Below are positions 40,094-52,107 of a stretch of DNA of 64,000 nt, one piece after another. Within the stretch, counting starts at the first letter, position 1. Every line of letters starts with the position of its first letter. The stretch is from Alphaproteobacteria bacterium (GTDB lineage Bacteria > Pseudomonadota > Alphaproteobacteria > Rs-D84): contig JAFQOQ010000009.1 of assembly GCA_017403085.1 (NCBI GenBank), positions 69,066 through 133,065 of the forward strand, read 5' to 3'. Below the pieces are notes generated by a model, which saw nothing but the letters and a program-made list of their open reading frames with translations, did not search any database and was not told where the DNA came from. Position numbers and translations under genes: made by a program.

Positions 40094-40510
40094 ATGAAAA
40101 AATTGTTTGCGTTGCTTGTGCTGGGGGTGTTGGCGGCATGTGGTGGTATGATAAAAAATGAAAATGGCAGCCAATATTTAGTCCAATTGGATGCAGAACC
40201 GATTGGTTGTACGTTCTTGTATAAACTGGAATCAGAAGTGTCGGTTTATGATGCAGATGATGCACGCAGATATTTAGAAAACAGAATTGTTGATCAGGCG
40301 CGTACGGGTAATGCCTATTGGATTACCAGCCAACGTACAAAGCCAAATGAGTGGGTGATTTTTGGGCCAGAACGTGCATTTGTCTTGGTTGCAAATGTGT
40401 ATGACTGTCCGCACCCGAACGAGGTTCGTACAGCCAAAGATGGTGGGCCGGCAACCGTGTCGGCAACAGTTGTTCAAACAACAACATGTACGTATGGTAA
40501 TTGTTATTAA
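40094..40510 (+). CDS. Lipoprotein (DUF4156-like)
   Basis: Lipobox LAAC; GC.FL...GN...ANVYDCP. Confidence 0.55.
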   Translation: MKKLFALLVLGVLAACGGMIKNENGSQYLVQLDAEPIGCTFLYKLESEVSVYDADDARRYLENRIVDQARTGNAYWITSQRTKPNEWVIFGPERAFVLVANVYDCPHPNEVRTAKDGGPATVSATVVQTTTCTYGNCY

Positions 40511-40621
40511 TAATAGGTGCGCGTATAGCGCACTTTTTAATTCGGGGTTTTAAACTAACCATTTGCCTTGGGTTTTATTTTTGTGCTATAATCTGATAAA
40601 GATATCTAGAGAGAGAATTTA

Positions 40622-41887
40622 TTGGCCAATCAAGTTATAAATATTAATCGCAAAAAATTTGCCGCAGGGTTGTTTTGGCAACCGGCGGGTGCTGGTGTGT
40701 TGGCAACCAGATTTTATGCCAGAAACCTGGCGCGGGGCGTTGATAAACGTTTAAATCTGTATACGGATTATCGGTCTATGGTTGGGTTGGGGGCGCGTAA
40801 AAATGGTGCGCGTGCAGGGATGATTTCTGCTGCGGCCGATGTGATGGATGCGTTTTCAGAATATACATCGTTCTTGGCGGTGTTTCAACATGACAAAATT
40901 TATTATTTAGTTGCGGCACGTAATGGAATTATTATTCAAGACACTGTCTTTGATGACGAGGCGGCGGCGCGTGATGAATATGTTAAGTTGTCCGAGATTC
41001 CTGATTGGGGGGCGTTCTTTGCACCTGGGGCGTGGGGTATGCCACGTGCCGCAGAACGAAATTTGGCGGATATTTTGACCGGGGCGTCGCGTGCGACGTT
41101 GCATTCGATAAGTCGTGCGAATACGTGGATGTTGTCTGGGGTTTTGATGGCCATCTTTGTTATTGCGATGGTTGCAATTTTTCGTGACCCTGTTGTTCAG
41201 ATGATGACGCCACAGGCGCCGGTTGCAGAAATTGACCCGGAATTAGTTGCAGAATACAAGCGTCAAATTGAAGAAAAAAATAAAGAATTGGATGCGCAAT
41301 TTGAAATTGAAAAAACTTTGCCACCAGAACCAATTGTTATGCCGTATGAATTATTGCCAGACCCAATGGCACGGGCAGAATTATGTTATCAAGCAATTGG
41401 TTTTGTAATGCAGCCGGTGGTTGGGTGGAATCAGAAGTATGCAGAATGTGGTGAAGAATTTGTTGTTGCGGATATGCAACGCAGTTTTGGTACGTTGGGG
41501 GAATTTTATAGCCAGGCGTCTGATTTAATGCCGGGTGTTACGGTGACAGAAATAAACGAAGATACTGTGCGGGTGCGTGCAACGCTGCCGGGGCTGGATG
41601 TATATGCGTCACAAGATGAACGCGATGCGGAAACGATTGTGCGTGATTTGACAACGCGGTTCCAAGGGGTGGATTCGGGAATAGATGTGCAGATTGTGAC
41701 AGATACACTGACCAATGGTGTGGATGTTGCGTATGTTGATGTTGTGGAATTGGCGACGTCGTCAAAGTTAATACCACAGCAATTTATGAAAATATTTGAC
41801 GATTTTGGCGGCGTGTATATGACGCAATGCGCATGGGACGCGACGACACGTACATGGAACTATGAGGTGATAATCTATGCAAAGTAA
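40622..41887 (+). CDS. Type IVb pilus accessory protein PilO-like
   Basis: TTG start; N-terminal FAAGLFWQ, central TM; heads an operon with PilP-like, ATPase and GspF-like genes. Confidence 0.7.
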   Translation: MANQVININRKKFAAGLFWQPAGAGVLATRFYARNLARGVDKRLNLYTDYRSMVGLGARKNGARAGMISAAADVMDAFSEYTSFLAVFQHDKIYYLVAARNGIIIQDTVFDDEAAARDEYVKLSEIPDWGAFFAPGAWGMPRAAERNLADILTGASRATLHSISRANTWMLSGVLMAIFVIAMVAIFRDPVVQMMTPQAPVAEIDPELVAEYKRQIEEKNKELDAQFEIEKTLPPEPIVMPYELLPDPMARAELCYQAIGFVMQPVVGWNQKYAECGEEFVVADMQRSFGTLGEFYSQASDLMPGVTVTEINEDTVRVRATLPGLDVYASQDERDAETIVRDLTTRFQGVDSGIDVQIVTDTLTNGVDVAYVDVVELATSSKLIPQQFMKIFDDFGGVYMTQCAWDATTRTWNYEVIIYAK

Positions 41888-42578
41888 TAAAAAAATTTGG
41901 TTTTTGTCTGTTGTCTTGGCGGCGGTGTTTGCGATGCCTGTGTGTGCCGAAGAAGAAATGATAGATGATGTTGAGTTTGTAGAATACGAAGAAGTAGAGG
42001 ATACGTCTGCGGATGCGGTTGAAAATTACGATGTGTCTGGGTCGCTGTTTCAGCAGATTACAGATTTAGAACAAGAAAAAGTTTTGATGCAATTGGAAAA
42101 AGAACGCGCACAACTGGATTTGGAATTAGATAGGTTGGCGGCGGAAAAAATAAAGTTGCATATGGAAATAGATACGCTGTCTGGGCGGGCAGAACAGCAA
42201 CAGCAGGAATTTGAAATGGAACGCGCAAAATTAGAAAATGAAGCGGCGCGTCTGGAATTAGAACGCGAAAGAATGCTGAGTGAAGAGGTGGATGAAGAAC
42301 CGGTGGCACGCGTTGCGCGTAACACGTCGTCAGATGAGGGGGCACCAGAAGAAGATGTGATAAATGTTGCCGATAATTATAGACTGGTAAATGTTTTTGG
42401 TGCGGGTGCGCAATTGCAGGCGACAGTTCAGGATTTGGCAACAGGACAAAATAAACGTCTGAGTGTTGGAAAAAAGTTAGATGGTTTGACAGTTAAATCG
42501 ATTTCTTTGGACGAAGGCGTTGTGTTTGTTAGCGATGGTGGCGCAATACAAAATCTGAATGTAAGTGGTGGAAAATAA
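41877..42578 (+). CDS. Type IVb pilus PilP-like periplasmic protein
   Basis: Signal peptide, coiled coil, C-terminal LVNVFGAG..LQATV...G..V.SI beta domain. Confidence 0.65.
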   Translation: MQSNKKIWFLSVVLAAVFAMPVCAEEEMIDDVEFVEYEEVEDTSADAVENYDVSGSLFQQITDLEQEKVLMQLEKERAQLDLELDRLAAEKIKLHMEIDTLSGRAEQQQQEFEMERAKLENEAARLELERERMLSEEVDEEPVARVARNTSSDEGAPEEDVINVADNYRLVNVFGAGAQLQATVQDLATGQNKRLSVGKKLDGLTVKSISLDEGVVFVSDGGAIQNLNVSGGK

Positions 42579-44220
42579 AATGATCCATGCAGAAGAAAAC
42601 AATGTTTTAGATAATATCCCAGATGATGTTAAACCGTCAATTCCGGCGGGGTTAGAGAATGCAGAAAGCAAGGATATTTTGGATTATTTGTTTTCTAACA
42701 ATAATCGGTTGATGACTGTGCATGGGGCGCCCTTGGAATTGCCCAAGGATACACAGGGTATTATTGCCTATTTTTCAGGTGGTGAAATTATTATTTCGCG
42801 AACACACAGATATGATGGTCGTGTGTTGGCTTTCTTGGATTTGTTGAAAAAACGTGGGCGCGCAATGCGGACACCGTTTTATTCTGATTTAAGTTTGATT
42901 TCAAATATTTATAAATCTTATGAAATGCGTCTGGGCGGCGGTGGGCGTTCGCGCGTCGATTATGATAATCAGATGCAAAAAGATTTTGTTGATATTATCG
43001 CCAAGGCGGCTGCACAAAAAGTGTCTGACGTTCATATAGAAGTTGCAGACCAGACAACAATATATTTCCGTATTGATGGCAGTATGCAGCCGGTATTGGA
43101 ATATAATTCACAATGGGGCGAGTCTTTTGTACGTGCCGCATTTGCATCATCGGATATGTCAAATGCGAACTATGCCCAGAATGAATATCAGTCGGCACAA
43201 AAGGATGGGCGTACGCCACTGCGTGGGACCAAGGATTTGTATTTACCTACGGGTGTGTTGGGCGTTCGTATGCAATTTAACCCGATTGCGTTTGGCAGCC
43301 GATATGTGGTTATGCGATTGTTGTATGATAACCCGTCCGAAGGTATCAAGACAGAACAAGAATTCAGTGAATATGAACAACGCTTATTGGCGCGTATGCG
43401 TTCGTTCCCAACAGGATTGGTAATCGTGGCGGGGCCAACCAGTTCCGGTAAATCAACAACGTTGGTACGCAATATGTCGTTGATGCTGAAAGAACGTAAT
43501 TATGAAATCAATATGATTACGGTGGAAAATCCTGTTGAACAAAAGATTTTTGGTGCACGACAGATGCCCGTGGTAAATACAACCACCGAAGAACAACGTG
43601 ACGAAAAGTATGTCGAGGCATTGGCGGCGGCGTTGCGAAGTGACCCAGATACATTGATGGTGGGTGAAATTCGTACATTGGCGGCGGCGCAATTGACGGT
43701 GCGTGGTGCGCTGTCTGGGCATAATGTATGGACGACGTTGCATGCGAATTCTGCAATGGCGGCATTGACACGATTATTAGATTTGGGGATAGAGGCGTTT
43801 AAGTTAAAAGAAGAAACGCTGATGCGCGGTTTGGTGTCGATGCGTTTATTTAAAAAAGTATGTCCGCATTGTCGCGAGGCGTTGATAAATCATCCGGAAC
43901 GTGGTGCGTATGCGCGTGTAAAAGATGCGTATGGTGATTTGGGATTGCGCCAGGTGTTCTTGCGCGGGTCAGGGTGCAGCCATTGTCATGGTACAGGCAC
44001 ATTGGGGCGTATTAAGGCCGGTGAAATTATTATTACAAATAGTGAATTTTTACGATTGGCGCTGTCTGGAAATACAGATGGGGCGGTAAAATACTGGCTG
44101 GAAGATATGAACGGACGTACCTTGAAAGAAGCAGCGGCGCAGTTGATGTTGCAGGGCGTGATTAGTGTTGATGAAATGGAACGCTGGGTCGGGTATGTTG
44201 ATGAACCAGGGGCGTATTAG
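42565..44220 (+). CDS. Type II/IV secretion-pilus assembly ATPase (PilQ/GspE-like)
   Basis: SDVHIE, RIDG, GPTSSGKSTT, TVENPVE, LRSDPD..MVGEIR, GHNVWTTLHANSA, CxxC...CxxC. Confidence 0.9.
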   Translation: MVENKMIHAEENNVLDNIPDDVKPSIPAGLENAESKDILDYLFSNNNRLMTVHGAPLELPKDTQGIIAYFSGGEIIISRTHRYDGRVLAFLDLLKKRGRAMRTPFYSDLSLISNIYKSYEMRLGGGGRSRVDYDNQMQKDFVDIIAKAAAQKVSDVHIEVADQTTIYFRIDGSMQPVLEYNSQWGESFVRAAFASSDMSNANYAQNEYQSAQKDGRTPLRGTKDLYLPTGVLGVRMQFNPIAFGSRYVVMRLLYDNPSEGIKTEQEFSEYEQRLLARMRSFPTGLVIVAGPTSSGKSTTLVRNMSLMLKERNYEINMITVENPVEQKIFGARQMPVVNTTTEEQRDEKYVEALAAALRSDPDTLMVGEIRTLAAAQLTVRGALSGHNVWTTLHANSAMAALTRLLDLGIEAFKLKEETLMRGLVSMRLFKKVCPHCREALINHPERGAYARVKDAYGDLGLRQVFLRGSGCSHCHGTGTLGRIKAGEIIITNSEFLRLALSGNTDGAVKYWLEDMNGRTLKEAAAQLMLQGVISVDEMERWVGYVDEPGAY

Positions 44221-44221
44221 T

Positions 44222-45292
44222 ATGGAAAAACTGGAATTATTATATGCTAAACTGGTTTTTAGGTTAAATACCGAAAAACGTATGTCGATTTGTCGTAAAT
44301 TGGCGTCGTTGTTGCGAAATGATTTTACGTTGATTGATGCGTTGGAACGTCTGGAAATGATAGAATCTAAGAACGGGACAAAGCCAGATGAACCGTTTGC
44401 AATTGTTATGCGCCAGTGGCAGAAAAATCTGGAACGCGGTATGAGTTTTTCAGAGGCGACGCGTGGATGGGTGCCGCAAAATGAAACGCTGTTGGTGACG
44501 TCGGGTAATTTATCTAATTTGGTGATTGCACTGGAAAATGTTGGGCGTGTTGTTGATGGAACGCAACGTATTCGTCGGGCGATGACGTCTGCGATTGCGT
44601 ATCCGCTGTTTCTGTTGGCGCTGACGTTTGGTATTATTATTATGGTGGGATTATATTTGGTGCCACCATTGCGCGATGTTGCAGGCACAGATGTTGTTTG
44701 GCATGGTGTGGCGGCATCGTTGATTTGGGTGTCTGATTTTTCAATTAAGTATTGGTATTGGTTTGCCGTGGGGTTTGCGACGCTGATATCGATAATTTGG
44801 ATTAGTTTGCCAAATTGGTCGGGACGGTTGCGTGTGCTGTTTGATAAGTTGCCACCGTGGAATATATATAAAATACAAATGTCTGTTGGTTGGTTGATGA
44901 GTTTGTCTGCCATGGTTGGTGCCGGGGTCACAATCCCAGATGCAATGCGTATGTTGGCGGATAATGCCAATCGGTATTTGCGTAGTATTCTGGACAGGGC
45001 GCTGCACTTTATTGCCAATGGTGATAATTTGGGTGTGGCACTTAGTCACACAAAGCGACGTTTCCCAGATGATGAAATTATCGGGGACTTGACCATTTAT
45101 GCAGATATGAACGGTTTTGACGATAACTTAAATCAAATATCCAGGGATTATTTGGATGAATCTGTGCGTAAAATGGAAAAGATTTCAAGTGCGCTTAACA
45201 GTTTGGGGATTTTGTTGGTGTCTGCCATAATTGCGTGGGTGGTGCTGGGGACGTTTCAGATGCAGGACCAGATTACAGCAATGTTATCTTAA
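44222..45292 (+). CDS. Type II secretion F family platform protein (PilR-like)
   Basis: LASLL.N, G.SFSEA, AIAYP, three TMs. Confidence 0.85.
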   Translation: MEKLELLYAKLVFRLNTEKRMSICRKLASLLRNDFTLIDALERLEMIESKNGTKPDEPFAIVMRQWQKNLERGMSFSEATRGWVPQNETLLVTSGNLSNLVIALENVGRVVDGTQRIRRAMTSAIAYPLFLLALTFGIIIMVGLYLVPPLRDVAGTDVVWHGVAASLIWVSDFSIKYWYWFAVGFATLISIIWISLPNWSGRLRVLFDKLPPWNIYKIQMSVGWLMSLSAMVGAGVTIPDAMRMLADNANRYLRSILDRALHFIANGDNLGVALSHTKRRFPDDEIIGDLTIYADMNGFDDNLNQISRDYLDESVRKMEKISSALNSLGILLVSAIIAWVVLGTFQMQDQITAMLS

Positions 45293-45435
45293 AAATAAAT
45301 TATAATAATTCATCTACAGCCAAAAACACCGGCTCATGTATGTTTAATACACTACGCCGGTGTTTTTAACTGTATCTAAATCATTCTAATTTATTTTTAC
45401 ACCACGCAAGGGGTGTGGGGAAAATCTTTTATTGT

Positions 45436-45463
45436 TTGATATTTTCCTTTTTTGATATATAAT
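45436..45463 (+). promoter_or_regulatory. Sigma70-type promoter
   Basis: TTGATA (45436)-16 bp-TATAAT (45458). Confidence 0.55.
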
Positions 45464-45469
45464 GCGTTT

Positions 45470-45613
45470 GCATTGGGAGACCGGTGTGGGGCGTAAAGAC
45501 CTCTTAACAGATATCTCCGACCGTTGTTGGTTGGAGGGTTGTGAATATATTGAATAAGCACGCTATTACTGTTAATAGTCTTTAACCTCCAACCGCCTTT
45601 TGTGCGGTTTTTT
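45470..45613 (+). ncRNA. Structured leader RNA switch (C4-like), copy A
   Basis: TAAAGAC/GTCTTTA, TTAACAG/CTGTTAA, CTCCGACC/GGTTGGAG, alternative GGTTGGAGG/CCTCCAACC overlapping terminator AACCGC/GCGGTT-TTTT. Confidence 0.65.
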
Positions 45614-45636
45614 GTTTTACAAAAATGGGGGGTAAA

Positions 45637-45855
45637 ATGAAAGTAATTTTAGTTGATGCAAAATATTTTGGGCAATTCTTAAAAAGCACCAGAAAGACAT
45701 TGCGGTTAAAGGTGACAGATTATGCCAAGATGTTTGGGATGACCCGTCGCCAAATATTTAAGATAGAAAATGGAAAAATGTTGGTTCCAGAAGGTGTATT
45801 AGAAAAAATAATCACCAATGGTATTGCAATGATTTTGTGCAAGCGACGAAAATAA
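45637..45855 (+). CDS. XRE-family helix-turn-helix protein
   Basis: FGQFLKSTRK.LRL....YAKMFGMTRRQIFKIENGK. Confidence 0.8.
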   Translation: MKVILVDAKYFGQFLKSTRKTLRLKVTDYAKMFGMTRRQIFKIENGKMLVPEGVLEKIITNGIAMILCKRRK

Positions 45856-45882
45856 AAAATCCCCCAAACGGGGGATTTTTTA
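45855..45882. terminator. Bidirectional terminator
   Basis: AAAAATCCCCC-AAAC-GGGGGATTTTT. Confidence 0.85.
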
Positions 45883-46449
45883 TACCATAAATGGCAGGTT
45901 TTCCAATGTGCCTTCGGCAACACGGACATTTACGTCAATCATCATAAATATTGAATCAGGCGTGCATTGTTCGTGATTTGCAAATAGGCCTGCGTCTAGT
46001 AAGTGACTGGTATTAACAGACAGTTTTGTTATTAAATGGTCGTCGTCCAGCAGTGTATAAATTGGACCGATATCACGTGGTGTGTTTGCACCAATTTCGT
46101 GTTCGTTTTGGGGGCAACGAAGGCCGTCCATTATCGTTTTTACGCGATTGTCAATATCAGAACGTGGAACACCAACGATTTCTGGGTGCAGCATTTGTAT
46201 GTCTAGTTCTGCAATCAGTTTCAGATTTGGTGTAATTATTGGGTTCCAGTCAATGCCACCAATGTGCCGTGTGGTAATTGGGCTTTTGGTTGGGTTTGGT
46301 GTCATGTATTGCGTCAGGTTATTCCATGGGCTGTGCTCAAGCAGTTTTTTTAACTGTGGATGGAATTGCATGCGTATGTCGGCGATGTGTTGTGCCCGCT
46401 TTTTAGGGTTAATCAAAATGTCGCCAAAATATAATAATTTAAATTTCAT
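45880..46449 (-). CDS. RusA-like nuclease-fold protein
   Basis: SDIDNRVKTIMDGL...LLDDDHLI matches the RusA DxDNxxK..D..DD pattern. Confidence 0.6.
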   Translation of the reverse strand: MKFKLLYFGDILINPKKRAQHIADIRMQFHPQLKKLLEHSPWNNLTQYMTPNPTKSPITTRHIGGIDWNPIITPNLKLIAELDIQMLHPEIVGVPRSDIDNRVKTIMDGLRCPQNEHEIGANTPRDIGPIYTLLDDDHLITKLSVNTSHLLDAGLFANHEQCTPDSIFMMIDVNVRVAEGTLENLPFMV

Positions 46450-46801
46450 GGTCTGGTCCTGTGATTGGGGTTGGTATTGCGGCAACAAAATCCCATTTGT
46501 ATGGTTGTAATTTGTCGCCCAGATTTAATTGGGTTGTTAATATTTCTTTGAATACTTCAAATCCCAGTGGGTGCAGACGGTAATCGCGCCCCAATCGGCC
46601 GGTTGGGCGGTGATTCCATTTTGCACTGTATATCAATTCGTATGACATTATCCCAATGTTAAATTTTGTGCGCTTTTTGTATTCTGATTCCATTATCTTG
46701 TAGATGGTGTCAGCATCAACAACATTACCCAGCTTTTTTGATAGGGCGGCCGCGTTTAAAAAGTCGCTTTTTTTGAAATTGTGTTGTGTTGGTCTGGTCA
46801 T
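46439..46801 (-). CDS. Hypothetical protein (possible DNA-binding)
   Basis: ATG at 46801 with AAGGGA SD; overlaps the start of the RusA-like gene. Confidence 0.55.
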   Translation of the reverse strand: MTRPTQHNFKKSDFLNAAALSKKLGNVVDADTIYKIMESEYKKRTKFNIGIMSYELIYSAKWNHRPTGRLGRDYRLHPLGFEVFKEILTTQLNLGDKLQPYKWDFVAAIPTPITGPDHEI

Positions 46802-46876
46802 GTTTTTATCCCTTTTTCCTTGATAATTATACCAGAAATTGCTATGTTTTACACAGAAAAAAGAAAGGAATGTTAA

Positions 46877-49276
<2,400 letters not shown>

Positions 49277-49290
49277 GTAAAGGATTTGTT

Positions 49291-49584
49291 GTGCCAACAA
49301 AAAAAGATAAGTTGATGGATGAATTGCGCGCACTGAAGGAAGATGTTGGGACGCGGGCGGATTTGCGTTCTGTGTCCCAAGACGCGCATAAGTTTGCACG
49401 AATAAAAGCGATTGAGGCAGAGTTGGCCAAACTGGATACAAAAGATACTAATATGGTTGATGGGTTTGGTCGGGGAAGCAGTGCGATTAAATTGCAGGCC
49501 CAACAAAAAGAACAAGAAAACGAAGTCGAAATGGAAAAGGCTGCCAAATTATATGCGTATAACCAAGTAAAACGTATGAACTGA
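49291..49584 (+). CDS. Hypothetical protein
   Basis: GTG start with AAGGA SD; charged helical sequence. Confidence 0.6.
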   Translation: MPTKKDKLMDELRALKEDVGTRADLRSVSQDAHKFARIKAIEAELAKLDTKDTNMVDGFGRGSSAIKLQAQQKEQENEVEMEKAAKLYAYNQVKRMN

Positions 49585-49599
49585 GTAAAATAAAATATA

Positions 49600-50271
49600 A
49601 TGGATTTTTCGCAAAGGTGGTTTTTGTCATTGGATGCGGCGCTGCGGGCGCAAGGGTTGGATAGCGACGCACAATCGTTTGATGAAATTTTAGAAAATCT
49701 AAAAATGCGAAAAATTTATAATTCAGATGAATTCGCAGGGCATTGTGCATATGTGATTTTGGCAGGTGGTTTTTCACAAAAGACGGCTAAAAAAATTCAC
49801 GAAAAAATTATGTGTCTGTTGCGCGATGTGGGTGCAGATTTTGATACATTGATAAATGTCTTTAATAATAAAAATAAAATCAATGCAATTTGTAAAATCT
49901 GGAAAACACGCGACGCGTTGTGTGATGGGTATTATGCCCTGGGGACATTGGAAGATAAATTAAAATTTTTGCAAAATTTGCCACATGTCGGAAAAATTAC
50001 TGCCAACCATTTGGCACGAAATCTGGGCGAAAATGTCGTAAAATATGATATCTGGATTCAGCGCTTGGGTTGTGCGTTTGCTGGGAAAAATTTACCCATA
50101 GATAATGGAAATTTATCGGATGATGTAAAGCGTGCGTGTGATGATATGTTTGCGCACCTGGTTCGTGAAACCGGATTGCCACGGGGGTATATTGATGTTG
50201 TATTATGGAAATCTTGTCAGGTAAAATTAATTTCTATGGACGATTACTTGCACAAACCACCGGTCATGTAG
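49600..50271 (+). CDS. HhH-GPD-like DNA glycosylase/lyase
   Basis: LQNLPHVGKITANHLARNLG...KYDIWIQR...IDVVLW; adjacent to ung. Confidence 0.65.
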   Translation: MDFSQRWFLSLDAALRAQGLDSDAQSFDEILENLKMRKIYNSDEFAGHCAYVILAGGFSQKTAKKIHEKIMCLLRDVGADFDTLINVFNNKNKINAICKIWKTRDALCDGYYALGTLEDKLKFLQNLPHVGKITANHLARNLGENVVKYDIWIQRLGCAFAGKNLPIDNGNLSDDVKRACDDMFAHLVRETGLPRGYIDVVLWKSCQVKLISMDDYLHKPPVM

Positions 50272-50328
50272 CGAGTAGTACACTCCCTTTGGTTTGTGCT
50301 GCGTACTCGCCTCATATAAATTAATTTT
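50223..50328. repeat. 106-bp palindromic element (RPE/REP-like) overlapping the gene 3' end
   Basis: AAAATTAATTT/AAATTAATTTT termini; GCACAAACCA (50250-59)/TGGTTTGTGC (50290-99) core. Confidence 0.75.
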
Positions 50329-50353
50329 GAAGTTGGTTGAGGTTGATAAAGTT

Positions 50354-51016
50354 ATGAATGTGAAAATTGAACAATCTTGGAAGGATGCCCTGGGCGCGGA
50401 ATTTGACAAGGATTATTTTGTTAAGCTGACTGATTTTGTGCGCGGGGAATATTTATCGGGCAGGGCGATTTATCCAGCACCACAGAATATTTTTAATGCA
50501 TTTAATTTATGCCCATTGGATAAAGTCAAGGTTGTTATAATCGGACAAGATCCGTACCATGAACCAGGTCAGGCGCATGGGTTGTGTTTTTCAGTGTTGC
50601 CACCAACGCCAATTCCGCCGTCTTTGATAAATATTTACAAAGAAATTGAATCTGACCTGGGGCGAAAATCTGTCACAAATGGTGATTTGACACACTGGGC
50701 AAACCAAGGGGTGTTGTTGCTGAATTCTACACTGACGGTGCGGGCGCACGTGGCGGCATCGCACGCGGGACGTGGCTGGGAAGATTTTACAGATGCGGTT
50801 ATTCGTGCGGTCGCAAAACGCGAAAACATTGTGTATATGTTGTGGGGGGCTTATGCCCAGAAAAAAGCCGCGTTTGTAAATCCTGAAAATAATTTAATTT
50901 TGAAAAGTGCGCATCCGTCACCGCTATCTGCGTATCGCGGTTTCTTTGGTAATAAACATTTTAGTCGTGCAAACCACTATCTGGCCCAGCATGGCGCGAC
51001 GCCGATTGAGTGGTAA
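50354..51016 (+). CDS. ung: Uracil-DNA glycosylase
   Basis: IIGQDPYH, QAHGLCFS, GVLLLN, HPSPLS. Confidence 0.97.
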   Translation: MNVKIEQSWKDALGAEFDKDYFVKLTDFVRGEYLSGRAIYPAPQNIFNAFNLCPLDKVKVVIIGQDPYHEPGQAHGLCFSVLPPTPIPPSLINIYKEIESDLGRKSVTNGDLTHWANQGVLLLNSTLTVRAHVAASHAGRGWEDFTDAVIRAVAKRENIVYMLWGAYAQKKAAFVNPENNLILKSAHPSPLSAYRGFFGNKHFSRANHYLAQHGATPIEW

Positions 51017-51041
51017 AAAAATCCCGCATGTGCGGGATGTT

Positions 51042-51599
51042 TTAGAAATTATATGTTATTCCCAGCCCGTAAAACGCGTATGAATTATTTTCCGGCGCGG
51101 TGTTGCCGTTGGAAAAATGTTGCACAAATGCCTCAATACCGATTTGGTCTGATATGTGATAGCCGGTGCCAAGTTTAAATCCAAAGACCAGTTTTGACCC
51201 GATGCGTTCGTTCTGTTGTAATTGCATGCCGGCCCCCAGCCCCATAAATCCATACCAGTCGTGACAATGGAACAGGGCGATGTCTTCGGATATGACAGCC
51301 ATCGGAATCGTAAAGTCGTCCCAGTGCCAGCCGTATTTTTCGCCATAACCAACGTTCATTACAATATTTATAGACTGACGTGCCGGCAGGCGAAAAAATG
51401 TTGTCGGCTGAGAATATTGAAATTCAAACATGGTGTATGGCACAAATTGTGATGGCGGTGGTATTAAAAATCCGCTATTTACACCGGCACCGGCGTTGAA
51501 AGCAATTTGGTTGTCGTATCCGTTAAAGAACGGGTTTGTATCTGCCATGGCGGTCGCCCCAACAGATGATATTATCAAAGCACATAAGATTTTTTTCAT
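51042..51599 (-). CDS. PagL/acyloxyacyl-hydrolase-like outer-membrane beta-barrel
   Basis: Signal peptide; QHFSNG...N motif; terminal YNF. Confidence 0.7.
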   Translation of the reverse strand: MKKILCALIISSVGATAMADTNPFFNGYDNQIAFNAGAGVNSGFLIPPPSQFVPYTMFEFQYSQPTTFFRLPARQSINIVMNVGYGEKYGWHWDDFTIPMAVISEDIALFHCHDWYGFMGLGAGMQLQQNERIGSKLVFGFKLGTGYHISDQIGIEAFVQHFSNGNTAPENNSYAFYGLGITYNF

Positions 51600-51735
51600 A
51601 GGGCGTATGGTATCATAAATTTAAGTGCGTTTCAATCCAGATTATTAAAAAAAATAATATTTGTAAATAAGAACAAAGTCAGAATGGTGGTTTTTCTTGC
51701 AATTGAAAAAAATGGTGTTATAATGCGTGGCGTTT

Positions 51736-51810
51736 GGCAGCGTAGCTCAGTGGTAGAGCAGAGGAATCATAATCCTTTGGTCGGGGGTCCGAATCCCTCC
51801 GCTGCTACCA
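51736..51810 (+). tRNA. tRNA-Met (elongator, CAT)
   Basis: GGCAGCG...GAGGA-ATCATAA-TCCTT...TCCGAAT...CGCTGCTACCA; Ile2 identity not fully excluded. Confidence 0.9.
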
Positions 51811-52107
51811 GAATTTCCCGGTGTTCCGGGATTTTTTTATTTCGTGTTATTTGCCCGAATTCATGCGATTTTGCGATTTTACGCAGATTGTTTTACATAT
51901 ACTGGACATAATCCCGGACATAGAAAATATGTTTACATGTGTAATCCTTTTGCTTGCTTTACACTATGAATTATAAAGAGGAATACACAGAAAGTCGCGG
52001 CAAAAGGTTGCGAAGGATGACAAAGGTTTACAAAGGGGTATGATGCTTTACAAAAGTAATATAAATGCAATAAAAAAACACCGCCCAATCGGGCGGTGAT
52101 ATTGTGT

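Noticed and set aside
51684-51911. 75-aa ORF
   Set aside because: Overlaps tRNA-Met.
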